Source of the DNA: the human T2T-CHM13v2.0 reference genome, Homo sapiens
Direction: 5' to 3'
Assembly: GCA_009914755.4 (NCBI GenBank)
Contig: CP068257.2
Span: 5,984,001 to 6,048,000, forward strand
DNA length: 64,000 bases
A program made the position numbers and the translations under genes. The stretch's first letter is position 1; the number at the start of each line of letters is the position of its first letter. Positions 1 through 15,000 of the stretch are shown in pieces. The notes under the pieces were generated by a model. That model ran no database searches and was not told the DNA's origin. It worked only from the letters and a program-made list of their open reading frames with translations.

Positions 1-3000
1 AATTCATTCCATTTGAATCCATTCCGTTTCTGTCCATTCCATTCCAGTCCACTCCATTCGATTCCTTTGCATTCCATTCCGTTTCATTCCATTCCATTCC
101 ATTCCGTTCCATTCCATTCCATTCCATTCCATTCGAGACCGTTCCATGCCTGTCCATTCCATTCGAGTCCATTCCACTCCAGTCTATTCCATTCAATTCC
201 ATTCTATTCGATTCCATTACAATCAATTCCATTTTCTTTTATTGCTTTCCATTCGAGACCTTTCCTGTATAGTCCTTTCCATTCGAGTCCATTCCATTCC
301 ATTCCATTCCATTCCATTCCTTTCCATTCCATTCCATACTATTCCTTTCGATTGCATTCCTTTTGAATGCATTCCATTCGAGTCCATTCCATTCCAGTCC
401 ATTCCATTCGAGTCCATTCCATTGGAGTCCATTAACTTCCAATCCTTTCAATTCCATTCCACTCCATTCGAGTCCATTCCATTTGATTCCTTTCCATTCG
501 TGACCATTCCATTCCAGTCCATTCCTTTCGAGTCCACTGCATTCCATTCCATTCCATTCTATTCCATTCCATTCCATTCCATTTCATTCCATTACATTAC
601 ATTCCATTGGAGTTCATTCCAATGGTGTCCACGACATTTGAGTCCGTTCCATTCCATTCTGTTCCATTGCCTTCCATTCCATTCTATTTGATTCCATTTG
701 AATCCATTCCATTCGAGTATATTCCATTGGAATACATTCCATTCGAATCCATTACATTCCAGTCCATTACATTCAAGTCCATTCCATACCTTTCCATTCA
801 ATTGTATTCCCTTCGTATCCATTGCATTCGAATCCATTCCATTCGAGTCTAATCTATTCCAGCCCATTACATTCGAGTCCAATCCATTCCATTCCAATTT
901 ATTCCTTTCCATTTCAGTCCATTCCATTCGAATCACTTCCATTCCACTCCATTCCATACCATTCCATTCCATTCCTTTCCATTCTATTAGATTCTATTCC
1001 ATTTGATTCCATTCCATTCAATTCCATTCCATGCCATTCCATTCGATTCCATTCCATTCCATTTCATTCCTATCCATTCCATTCGAATCCATTCTTCTCC
1101 ATTCCATTCCATTCCATTCCATTCATTTCCATTCCAATCAATACTGTTCCATTACAACCTATTCAATTCATGTCCATTCTATTCGATTCCAATCCATTTG
1201 ATTCCATTCCATTTGATGCCATTCCACTCAAGTCCATTCCACTCCAGTCCATTACTTTCCAGTTCATTCAAGTTCATTCGAGTCCATTCCATTCCATTCA
1301 ATTCCATTCGATTGCATTCCAATCCTTTCGAATCCAATCCATTCCGTTCCATTCCATATGATTCCACTCAATTCCAGTCCATTCCATTCGAATCCTTTCC
1401 AGTACACTGCATTAAATTTCTTTCCATTCAATTAAATTCCATTTTGTTCAGTCCATTACATTCCATTCCGTTGCATTCCACCCCATTCGATTCCATTCTA
1501 TTCCATTCGAGTCCAATCCATTCAATTCCATTCCATTTCATGTCCTTCCATTCCATTCCATTGCATGCTGTTCCATTCCATTCCATTCTTTTTCATTCGA
1601 TTCCATTTCATTCGAATCCATTGCACTCCATTCCGTTCCATTTGTTTCCAATCCATTCCATTCCAATCCCATTCCATTCCATTCCATTCCATTCCATTCC
1701 ATTCCATTTCTTTCAATTCCATTCCATTTGATTGCATTCGATTCGAATTCATTCCATTGGTGTCCATTCCATTCTATTCCATGCCATTTCATTCCATTCC
1801 ATTCCATGCCATTCCATTCCATTAGATTCCATTGCATTCCATTCCATTCTATTCTTTTTGAGACCTTTCCTTTCCAGTCCATTCCAAATGAGTCCATTGC
1901 AATCCAGTCCATTCCATTCGATTCCAATCCTTTTGATTCCATTCAGTTTGATTGCATTAGATTGTAGTCCATTCCAATGCAGTCCATTACATTAGAGCCC
2001 ATTCCATTCCATTCTATTCCATTCCATTCCCTTCCATTCCTTTCCATTCCAGTCCGTTCCTTTCCACTCAAATCGTTTCTAGTCCGTTTTAGTCCATTTC
2101 ATTTAATTACATTCCATTAAATTGCATTCAAGTTCATTCTGTTGCATTCTTTTCCACCCCTTTCCATTCCAGTTGAGTCAATTCCATTCCCGTCCATTTA
2201 ATTCGAGTCCATTCCATTCCAGTCCGTTACATTTGATTCCATTCCAATACATTCCATTCCATTCCATTCCTGTCCATTCCATTCGAATCAATTCCGTTGC
2301 ATTCCATTCCATTACATTCATTTCCATTTGTTTTCATTCCATTCCATTCCATTCCTTTCCATTCCATTAAATTTTATTCCATTTTGTTACATTCCATTCA
2401 ATGCCATTTCGTTCGATTCGATTCCATTCAATTCCATTCCATTGCATTCCATTCCATTAGATTCCATTCCATTCCATTCCATTAGTTTCCATTGCATTCC
2501 ATTCCATTCCATTCCATGCTATTCCATTCCGTTAGATTCCATTCCATTCCATTCCATTCGAGTCCATTCCATTCCATGCCATTCCATTCCATTAGTGCCA
2601 ATTCCATTCCATTCCATTCTATTCAATTAAATTCCATTCTATTCCTTTCCATTCCATTTGTTTCCAGTCCATTCCATTGCATTCCATTTCATTCCATTCC
2701 ATTCATTCCCTTTCGATTCCATTCCATAGTTTCCATTGTATTCTACTCCATTTGTTTACATTCCAGTTGATTCGATTCCATTTCATTCCATTCCATTATT
2801 TTCCATTTGAGACCATTCCATTCGAGTCCATTCTTTTCGAGTCCATTACATTCCCGTCCATTTAATTTGATTCCTTTCCATTTGATTGCATTCCTTTGGA
2901 GTCCATTCCAATGGAGTCCATTACATTCGAGTTCATTCCATTCGAGTCAATTTCATTCCATTTTATTCCATTTCATTCCATTCCATTGCATTTTATTTCA

Positions 3001-6000
3001 TTCACTCCCATTCTTTTCCGTTTGTGTCCATTCCATTCCATTCCATTCCATTCAAATCCATTGCATTTCATTCCTTTCCCTTATAGCCCTGTCCATTCCA
3101 TTCCATTGCATTCGAGTCCATTCCATACACTTTCACTCAATTCCAGTCCTTTCCTTTCGAAACCTTTCCAGTCCATTGCATTCCATTGCATTCCATTCCA
3201 TTCCATTTTGTTCGATTCCATTCCTTTCCAGTCCTTTCCATTCGAATCAATTCCATTCCATTAGGTTATATTCCATTCGATTCCATTCCATTAGATTCCA
3301 TTCCAAGCCATTACTTTCCATTTGGTTCCATTCCATTCCATTCCATTCCTTTCCATTCCATTTGATTCCATTCCATTCCATTTCTTTCCACTACAATCCA
3401 TTCCATTCTATTCCATTCCTTTTGAGACTATTCCATTCCAATGCATTCCATTCAAGTCCATTCCATTCGATTCCATTCTATTTGATTACATTCCTTTCGA
3501 TTATATTGCATTCCATACCATTCTATTCGAGACCGTTCCATTCCGTTCATTCCATTCATGTCTTTTCGATTCTATTCCATTGCATTTGATTCTATTCCAT
3601 TCCATTCCATTCCATTCAATTCCATTCCATTGCATTCCATTTCAGTCCATTCCATTTGAGTCCATTCCATTCGAGTCCATTGCATTCCAGACCATTCGCT
3701 TCCATTCCATTGAAATCCATTCCATTCGAGTCCATTCCATTTGAGTCCATTCCACTCCACTCCATTCCGTTCTAGTCCGTTCCACTCGATTCCATTCCAT
3801 TCGATTCTATTCCTTTCCATTCCATTCGACTCCACTTGATTCCACTCCATACCCTTCCATTTTATTTGATTCCATTCCATTTGATTCCGGTCCATTCGTC
3901 TTCATTCCATTGGAGTCCATTCCATTCGAGTCTTTTCAATTCCAGACCATTGCTTTCAATTCCCTTACATTCGTTTCCTTTCATTTCATTGCATTCCGTT
4001 AGATTCCATTCCATTCTATTCCATTCCATCCATTCCATTCGAGACTGTTCCATTCCAGTCCATTCCATTCGAGTCCATTCCATTCCATTGCAGTGCTTTC
4101 AAATCCATTCCATTCCATCACATTCCTTTCCTTTGCATTCCATTCGATTCTTTCCTATTAGATTCCATTCCGTTTGATTCCATTCTATGCCATGCCATTC
4201 CATGCCATTCTATTACGTTCTATTTGATTCCCTTTGAGTCCATTTCATTCAAGTCTATTCCATTCCATTCCATTCCATTCTATTACATTATATTCCATTT
4301 CATTCAGTTCAATTCGATTCCATTCCATTTCTTTACGTTACATTATATACCAATATATGCTATTCCATTCGTTTCCTTTTCATTTACTTTGATTCGATTC
4401 CATTGCAATCCATTTCACTCCATTCAATTCCATTCCATTTGAGTCCATTCCATTCGAATCTATTACATTCCAGTTCATTCCAATCCACTACATTGCATTC
4501 AATTCCATTGCATTCAATTCCATTCCATTGGATTTCATTCCATACTATTACATTCCATTCGATTCCATTGCACTCGAGTCCCTTCCATTCCAGTCCATTA
4601 TATTCGAGTCCATTCCATTCAATTTTATTCCATTCGAGTCTTTCCGTTCCATTCCATTCCTTTCCATTCCGTTCCATTCGAGACAGTTACTTTCGGATCC
4701 ATTGAATTCAAGTCCATTCCATTCGATTGCATTCTATTAGACTCCATTCCTTTTGATTTTGATCCATTCAAGTCCGTTCCATTCCATTCCATTCAATTCC
4801 ATTCCATTCGCGACTGTTCCCTTCTTGTCCATTCTTTTCGAGTCCATTCCATTCCAGTTTTTTCGATTCCATTCCATTCGATTCCATTCCTTTCGATTGC
4901 GTTGAATTTGAGTCCATTCCATTGGAGAAAATTCTATTCGAGCCCATTGCATTAGAGATCATTCGAGTCCATTCCTTTTGAATCCATTCCATTCGAGTCT
5001 ATTCCATTCGAATCCATTCCATTCCAGTACGTTCCATTCCAGTCCATTTCATTCGATTCCATTCCTTTCCATTGTATTCCATTCCATTCAATTCCATTCC
5101 ATGCCATTCCATTCCATTCGAGGCTGTTCCATTCCAGTCCACTCCATTCGATTCCAGTCCATTCCATTCCATTCCATTCCATTTGATTCCATTCTATTGA
5201 ATTCAATTCCGTTCGAAACCATTCTATTCCAGTTCATTCCTTTTGTGTCTAATCAGTTCTACTGCATTCCATTAGATTCCATTCCATTCGAGTCCATTCC
5301 TTTCGATTGAATTCCATTTGCGTCCCTTCCGTTGGAGACCATTCGATTCGAGTCCATTCCATTACATACCATTCACGTCCATTCTGATCGAATTCATTCC
5401 ATTCGAGTCCGTTGCATTTGTGCACATTCCATTCCAGTCCATTCCGTTCCGGTCCATTCCATTCTATTCCATTCCCTTCCATTCCATTCTACTCTATTCC
5501 ATTCGACTCCATTCAGTTCCATTCCATTCTATTCCATTCCATTTCATTCCATTCCATTCGACTCCATTATATTCCAGTCCATTCCACTCCCTTCCAATCC
5601 ATTCCATTGTATTTCATTCCATTCTATTACATTCCATTCGATTCCATTGCACTCGAGTGCATTTCATTCGATTCCATTCCATTCGAGTCCATTCCTTTCC
5701 ATTCAATTCCGTTCCATTTTGTTCGATTCTGTTACATGCTATTCCATTCCATTCAAGTCCATTCCATTCCATTCAAATCCATTCCATTCCATTCCATTCC
5801 ATTCCATTCCATTCCATTCCATTCCATTCTTTTCCATTCGACTCCATTCAATTAGACTCCATTGCAAGCAATTCCATTGCAAGCAATTCCATTCCATTCC
5901 ATTCCATTCCATTCCATTCCTATTCTTTCCATTCCACTCCATTCAAATCCATTCCATTCCATTCAATTCCACTCCATTCTATTCCATTCGAGTCCATTCC

Positions 6001-9000
6001 ATTCCTTTCCATTCTATTCTCTTCTTTTCCATTCATTTGAGTTTATTCGCTTCAAGTCCATTCCATTCCATTCTATTCCATTGTATTCCCTTCTATTGCA
6101 TTCCATTTGATTCAATTTGATTCGATTCCATTCCATTCGTATCCACTCCATACAATTCCCTTCCATTCGAGCCCGTTGCATTCAACTCCATTATTTTCTA
6201 GTCCATTCCAATCCATTTCAATCCATTCCATTCCAATAAATACCATTGCATTTCATTCTGTTCCATTACATTCCATTCAATTCCTTTGCAGTCGAGTGTA
6301 TTCCATTCGAGTCCATTCCATTCAAGTCAATTACATTCAAGTACATTGAATTCAAGTTCTTTCCATTCCATTCCATTCCATTTGATTCCATTGATTGCAT
6401 TCCTTTGGAATCTATTCCAATGGAGTCCATTAAATTTTAGTCCATTCCTTTCCATTCTATTACATTCCAGTCCATTACATTCAAGTCCATTCTATTGCAT
6501 TCCATTCCACTCCTTTCCATTCCATTCGAGTCCATTCTTTTTGAGTCCATTCCATTCCATTCCAGTACTTTACAATCAAGTGAATTCCATTCCATTCCAT
6601 TCCATTCTATTTCATTCCATTCCATTCCATTCATTTCCATTCCATTCCATTCCATTGGTTTCTATTCCATTTGCTTCCAATCCATTCATTTCCTTTCCTT
6701 TCAATTCCATTCCATTCCATTCCACTCCTTTCCATTCCACTCGATTCCATTCCATTATATTCCTTTCCATGCAATTCCATTCCCTTTGAGACCGTTCCAT
6801 TACAATCCATTCAATTTGAGTCCATTCTATTTGATTACATTCCATTTTATTCCATTCTATTCGAATATATTGCATTCGAGTCCATTCCTTTTCTGTCCAT
6901 TACTTTCCAGTCTATTCCGTTCCATTCCAGTCCATTCTTTTCCATTCGACTCCATTTGATTGCATTCCATTCCATTCCATTCTATTCTATTCCATTCGAG
7001 ACCATTCCATTTCAATTTATTCAATTTATACCATTCTATTAGACTCCATTCCATTCCATTCCATGCAGTTCCATTCTGTTTGATTCCTTGCCATGCCATT
7101 CCATTCCATTCCATTCCATTCCTTTATATTCCATTCCATTGCCGTCCATTCTAGTACATTCCATTCAATTCCATTCCATGAGATGCCATTCCATTCCACT
7201 TGTGTCCATTCCATTCCATTCCATTTCATTCCATTTCATTTCTTTCCATTCAACTCGAATCCATTGCATTCCATTCAATTCCATTCCATTCGTTTCCATT
7301 CCATTGCATTCCATTTTATGCCATTTCATTCTGTTCCTTTTCATTCCATTCCACATTAGACCTTTCCATTCCAGTTCTTTTCCTTCGTGTTCATTTGATT
7401 CGATTCCATTCCATTTGATTCCATTCCATCCGATTCTATTGCATTCAAATCCATTCCATTCGAGTCCATTACATTCGAGTCCATTACATTCAAGTCGATT
7501 CTATTCAATTCCAGATCATCCGATTCCATTCCATTTCACTCCTTTAGAATCCATTCCATTCAATTCCATTCACTTTGATTCCATTCCATTGGAGACCGTT
7601 CCATTCTAGTAAATTCCCTTCAAGTCCATTCAATTCCACTTTATTTGATTCAATTCCATTCGATCCCATTCCTTTCGATTGCATTCCATTCGAGTCCATT
7701 CCATTGCAGACCATTCCATTTGCGTCCATTCCATTCCACACTGCTCGAGTCCATTCCATTCCATCTCATTCCTTTGTCTTCCATTCCATTCTCTTACATT
7801 CCTTTCCTTTCCTTTCCATTGCATTCTTTCTATTGCATTTTTTTAGAGTGTATTCAATTCGAGTCCATTCCATTCCACTCCATTCGATTTCATTCCATTC
7901 GATTCCATTCCATTCAATTGCATTCCTATTGATTCCATTCTGTTGGAGACCATTCGAGTCCATTCTATTCAAATCCATTCCATTCCATTCCATTCCATTC
8001 CATTCCATTCCATTCTATTCCATTGCATTCCATTTCTTTCCATTCCTTTCTGTACTGTTCCATTCCAGTCCAATCCGTTCGAGTCCATTCCATTCCAGTC
8101 CCTTCCATTCGATTGCATTCCATTTGATTGCATTCCATTCCAGTCCATTCCAATGGAGTCCATTCCATTCGAGACCATTTCATTCGATTCCATTCCATTC
8201 CAGTCCATTCTAATATGGTCCATTCCATTCGAGTCCATTTCATTCGAGTCCATTCCATTCCAGTCCATTACATTCGATTCCATTCCATTCCTTTCTATTC
8301 CATTCCATTCTTTACATTCCATTCCATTACATTACATTTGTTTCCATTCCATTCCATTCTATTCCCTGCCATTCTTTCCATTCCATTCCATTCGAGTCCA
8401 TTCCATTCAAGACCTTTACATTCCAGTCCGTTCCATTTGCATCCCTTCGATTGTAATGCATTCCATTCGATTCCATTCCATTCAAGACCATTCCATTCCA
8501 GTCCATTCCATTTGTGTCCCTTCCATTCCATTGCTTTTGATTCAATTCCATTACATTTGATTCTGTTCCATTCAATTCCATTCCATTCAATTGGAATCCA
8601 TTTGCTTCCAATCCAAAGGAGTCCATTTCATTCGAGTACATGATTACATTCCATTTGATTCCATTCCATTCGATATGTTTCCTTTCAATTGCATTCCATT
8701 TGACTCCATTCCAATGGAATCCATTCCATTCGAGTCCGTTCCATTCAAGTCCATTACATTCAAGTCGATTCTACTCAATTCCAGGTCATTTGATTCCATT
8801 CCATTTTACTCCTTTCAAATCCATTCCATTCAATTCCATTCACTTTGATTCCATTCCATTCGAGACTGTTCCATTATAATCCATTCCTTTCAAATCCATT
8901 CCTTTCAATTCCATTCAATTCCACTTTATTTGATTCAATTCCATTTGATACCATTCCTTTAGGTTGCATTCCATTCGAGTCCATTCCATTGCAGACCATT

Positions 9001-12000
9001 CCATTTGCATCCATTCCATTCCACACCTCTCGAGTCCATTCCATTCCAACTCATTCTATTGCATTGCAGAACATTCTGTTCCATTCCTTTCCATTCCACT
9101 CCATTATTTCTATTGCATTCCTTTAGAGTGCATTCAATTAGAGTACATTCCATTCCACTCCATTCGATTTCATTCCATTGAATTCCTTTCCATTCAATTG
9201 CATTCCATATGAGTCCATTCCATTGGAGACCATTCCTTTCGAGTACATTGCATTGCAGAACATTCGAGTCCATTCCATTCATATCCATTCCATTTGAGTC
9301 CATTCCATTCGAGTCCATTCCACTCGATTCCATTCCATTCCATTCCATACTATTCCATAGCATTCCATTTCATTCCATTCCTTTCTATACCATTCCATTC
9401 CATTCCAATCCATTCGAGTCCATTCCATTCCAGTCCCTTCCATTCGATGACATTCCATTCGATTGCATTCCATTGGAGTCCATTCCAATGGAGTCCATTC
9501 CATTCGAGTCCATTTCATTCGAGTCTATTCCATTCCAGTCCATTACATTCGATTCCATTCCATTCCATTGTATTTCATGCCATTCTTTCCATTCCATTCC
9601 ATTCGAGTCCATTCCATTCAAGACCGTTCCATTCCAGTCCATTCCATTTGATTCCCTGCGATTGTAATGCATTCATTTCGATTCCATTCCTTTCAAGACC
9701 ATTCCATTCCATTCCTTTCCAATTGAGTCCCTTCCATTCCAATGCATTTGATTCGATTCCATTCCATTTGATCCAATTCCATTCAATTCCATTCCATTCA
9801 ATTGGAATCCATTCGAGTGCAATCCAAAGGAGTTCAATTCATTCGAATGCATGATTCCATTCCATTTGATTCCATTGCATTCGATTCCTTTCCTTTCAAT
9901 TGCTTTCCATTCGACTCCATTCCAACGGAATCCATTCCATTCGAGTCCATTACATTCAGGCACATTCCATTCCAGTCCATTACATTTGATTCCATTCCAT
10001 TCCATAGTATTCCATTGCATTCCATTCAAGTCCATACCCTTCGAGTCCATGCCATTACAGTCCATTACATTTGAGTCTATTCCGTTTCATTCCGTTTCAT
10101 TCCGCTCCATTCCATTCGAGTCCTTTCCATTCAAGTCCATTACATTCGAGTCCATTCCCTTCCATTCCATTCCATTCCATTCCATTCCATGTGATTCCAT
10201 TCCATTCCCGTCCATTCTATTTGAATCAATTAATTTCTATTCCATTCCATTCCATTCCATTCCTTGCCATTCCATTTCTTTCCATTCGAGTCTTTTTCAT
10301 TCCATTCCATTGCATTGGAGAAAGTTCCATTCAGATTCATTCAATTAGAGTCCATTCCATTCCATTAGATGCCATTCTATTCGATTGCATTCCATTCGAG
10401 TCCATTCCATTCCATTCCATTCCATTCCATTGCATTCTATTCCATTCCATACGATTCCACTCAATTCTATTCCATTCCATTTGAATCCTTTCCAGTCCAT
10501 TGAATTCCATTCTATTCCATTCCATTTCATTCCATTCCAATCCATTCCATTCCATTCCATTCCATTCCATTCCATTCCATTCCATTCCATTTTGTTCTAT
10601 TCCATTCCTTTCCAGTCCAATATATTCGAATCATTTGCATTCCATTTCATTAGATTCTATTCCGTTCGATTTCATTCCCTGCAGTTCCATTCCAGGCCAT
10701 TGCTTTCCGTTCGATTCCATTCCATTCCATTCCATTTGATTCCATTCCATTCCATTTTATTCCACTCCAATCCATTCCATTCAATTCCATTCGCGACAAT
10801 TCCATTCCAATCCATTCAATTTAAGTACATTCCATTCTATTCCATTCCAGCTGATTCCTTTCCATTTGATTACATTCCTTTCAAGTCAACTCCATTTGAT
10901 TCCATTTCTTTCGATTCCATTCCTTTCTATTCCAATCCATTTGGGTCCACTTTAATCAAGACGATTCCATTCAAGTCCATTCCTTTCTAGTCCATTCCAT
11001 TCGTGTCCAATACATTCCATTCCATTCAATTCCCTTTCATTAGAGTGCATTCGATTTTTTTTCTTTCTGTGGATTCAAATGCATTAGAATGCATTCCATT
11101 CGATTCCGTTCCATTCTACTCCATTCCTTTCTAATCCATTCCATTCCAGTCCATTACATTCCAGTACATTCCATTGGATTCCAGTCCATTCCATTAAGTC
11201 CATTTCATTCCTTTCCAGAGCCTTCCATTCCATTCCATTGTTTTGCATTCCATTCCATTCCATTCTATTCCATTCCATTCCATTCCATTCTATTTGAGAA
11301 CGTTTCATATCAGTTCATTCCATTTGTATCCATTCAATTCTGTTCCATTCAATTCCATTCCATTCGATACCATTCCATTCTAACCCATTCCACTCGATTG
11401 CATTCCATTTGAGCAAATTCCATTGGAGACAATTCCATACGAATCCTTTCAATTCCATACCGTTCACGTCCATTCCTTTCAAATCCATTCCATTCGAGTC
11501 CATTCCATTCGAGTCCATTGAATTCCAGTCCATTCCGTTCCAGTGAATTCCATTCGATTCCATTCCATTCCATTCCAATGCATTAGACTAGATTCGTTTC
11601 CATTCCATACACTTCCATTTCATTCGATTCCATAAAATTCCAGTTCTTTCCACTAGAGTCCATTCCATTCAAGTCTTGAAATTCCAGACAATTGCATTGG
11701 ATTCCCTTCCATTCTATTGCAATCGATTGCATTACATTCCATTAGATTCTATTCCATTCGATTCGATTCCATTCTATTCCCTTCCATTCCATTCCAGTCT
11801 ATTCCATTCGTTTCCATTCCATTCGATTCTATTGCATTCCACTGCAATCGTTTTGAATCCATTCCATTCCATTCCTTTCCATTCCATTTGATTCTTTAAC
11901 ATTCGATTCCATTCCGTTTGATTCCATTGCATGCCATTCCATTCCATTTCATTTGAGTCGATACCATTCAGTTCCTTTGTATTCCGTTCTATTCCATTCC

Positions 12001-15000
12001 CTTTGAGTCCATTCCATTCGAGTCCATTCCATTCCATTGCATTTCATTCCATTCCATTTTTTTCGATTCCATTCCATTCTGGTCCATTACGTTCGAATCC
12101 ATTCCATTGCATTCCGTTACATTGTATTCCATTCACTTCCATTCCATTCCATTCCATTCCATTCCATGCCATTCCATTCCAATCGATTCCATTCCATTCC
12201 ATTCCATTCCATTCCATTCCATTCCATTCCATTCCTTTCCATTCCATTCGATTCTATTCTATTCTTTTCCGTTCCACTCCATTCCATTCCATTCAATTCC
12301 ATTCCATTTGATACCATTCCTTTCCGATCCATTCAATCCTAGTTCTTTCCGTTCGATTTTATTCCATATGATTCCATTCCATTCGATTACCTTCCTTTCG
12401 AGTCAATTCCTTTTTATTCCATTCCGTTTGATTTCATTCTGGTCGAGTCCATTCCATTCAGTCAATTACATTCGAGTCCATTCTATTCCATTCAATTACT
12501 TTCCATTCCATTCGAATCCATTCCTTTCAATTCCAATCCATTCGGCTCCACTTCATTCGAGAGGGTTCCATTCCAGTCTATTCCTTTCGAGTCCATTCCA
12601 TTCCAGTCCAGTCCTTCCCATTCCATTCGATTCCCATCCATTTGATTCCATTCCATTCCTTTCCATTACTTGTGATTTCATTCCTTTGGATTCCATTCCT
12701 TTCGATTCCTTTCCATTCAACTCCATTCCATTCGAGCCCATTTCATTCTGTCCTTTACATTCTAGTACATTCCATTCCATTCCAGTCAATTCAGTTGTGT
12801 CAATTTCATTCCATTCCACTCCAATCATTTCCGTTCCTTTCAATTCCATTTGATATCATTCCATTCGATTCCATTCCATTCAAGACCGTTCCATTCCAGT
12901 TCAGTCCATTCATGTCCATTCAATTCTATTCCATTCCATCAGAATCCATTCCATTGCAATCCATTCCACAGGAGTTCGTTCCATTCGAGTTCATTCCATT
13001 CCAGTTCATTGCGTTTCAGTCCATTCCATGTGATTCCATTCCATTTGATTCTATTCCATTCCAATCCATTCCATTCCATTTGACTCCATTCGATTCCGTT
13101 CTATAACATTCCATTCAATTTCATTCCATTTCATTCGAGTTCATTTCATTGGAGTCCATTCCATTCTAGTCCATTCAATTCCACACCATTTTATTTGGTT
13201 CCCTTCTATTAGATTGCATTCCATTCCATTCAATTCCATGAGATTCCATTCAATTTCATTATATTCCATTCCATTCTATTCCATTCCATTCCACTTGAGA
13301 CTGTTCCATTCCATTCCATTCCTTTCCATTTGACTCCATTCCATTCGATTCCATTCCATTCTAATCCATTCATTTCCAGTCCATTCCATTAGATTCCATT
13401 CCATTCCTTTCCATTCGAATCCGTTCTGTTCCATTCCTTTCCATTTCATTCTATTCTTTTCCATTCAATTCGATTCCATTAGATTCTCTTACATGCCATT
13501 CCATTCCATTTGATTCCATTGCGTTCCATTCAATTCCATTCCATTTCATTCCATTGGAATCCATTCCGATCAATTCCATTCCATTCCAATCCATTCTATT
13601 CCATTCGAGTCAATTCCATTCCTTTCCATTTTTTTCTGTTCTATTCCATTCCCTTTGAGTCCATTCGATTCGAGTCCTCTCAATTCCATTCCATTCCATT
13701 CTATTCTTTTACATTATAATCTATTCCATTCCATTTCATTCCATTCGATTTGATTCGATTCCATTCCATTCGCATCCATTGCATTCAATTTCAATCCATT
13801 CGAGTCCATTCCATTCGAGTTCATTACATTCCAGTCCATTCCAATGCATTCCATTCCTTTCTATTGCATTGGATTTCATTCCATTCGATTAAATTGCATT
13901 CGATTCCTTTGCACTGGAGTGCATTCCACTCGAGTCCATTCCATTCCAATCCATTACATTCTATTCCATTCCATTCCATTCCATTTAATTCCATACTAGT
14001 CTTTCCATTGCATTAAATTCCACTCCATTCTATCCCATTACATTTGACTGGACAGCGTTCGATTCGTACACATTCAATTCGACGCCATTTCATTCGATTC
14101 CATTCCATTCTATTCCATTCCATTCGAGTCCATTCCATTCCATACGATTCGACTCAATTCAGTCCACTCCTTTCTAATCCTTTCCAGTCCACTGCATTCC
14201 ATCCCATTCTATTCAATTCCATTCCATTTTATTCGATTCCATTCCATGCAATTCCATTCCATTCGAAACCATTCCATTCCTTTCCATTCCATTCAATTCC
14301 ATTTCATTCTATTCCATTCCGTTTGAATCCTTTGGATTCCATTCCATTCCATTCAGTTGGTTTTCAATCAGTTCCTTTCCGTTCCATTTGATTCCATTCC
14401 ATTCCTTTCTATTTTATTTGATTCGATTCCATTTGATTGCATTCCGTTCAAGTACATTCCATGGGAGTCCATTCCATTCACTACCATTCTATTCCAATCG
14501 ATTCCATTATATTTGATTCGATTCGATTCGATTCCATTCCATTCCATTCCATTCCATTCCATTGCTTTCCATTAGAGACCATTCCATTCCAGTCCGTTTC
14601 ATTTGAGTCCATCTCATTCCAGTCCATTCCATTTGATTCCATTCCCTTGGATTCCATTCCATTGTATTCCGTTCCATTGGATTCCATTCCATTCTATTTC
14701 ATTCCATTGGATTCCATTCCAATAGAGCCCACTACATTCGAGTCCTTTCCAATCCATTCTTTTCCTTTCCATTCCATTCCATTTCATTCCTTTCCGTTAT
14801 ATAACATTACATTCGAAACCATTCCATTCAAATCCATTCCATTACAATCAATTACATTCCACTCCATTACATTCAAGTCCATTCCTTTCCATTCCATTCC
14901 AATCCATTTTATTCCATTCGAGTCCATTCCATTCGATTCCATTTCATTCCAGCCCATAATATTCGAGTCCTTTCCATTCCATTACACTCCACTCCATTTG

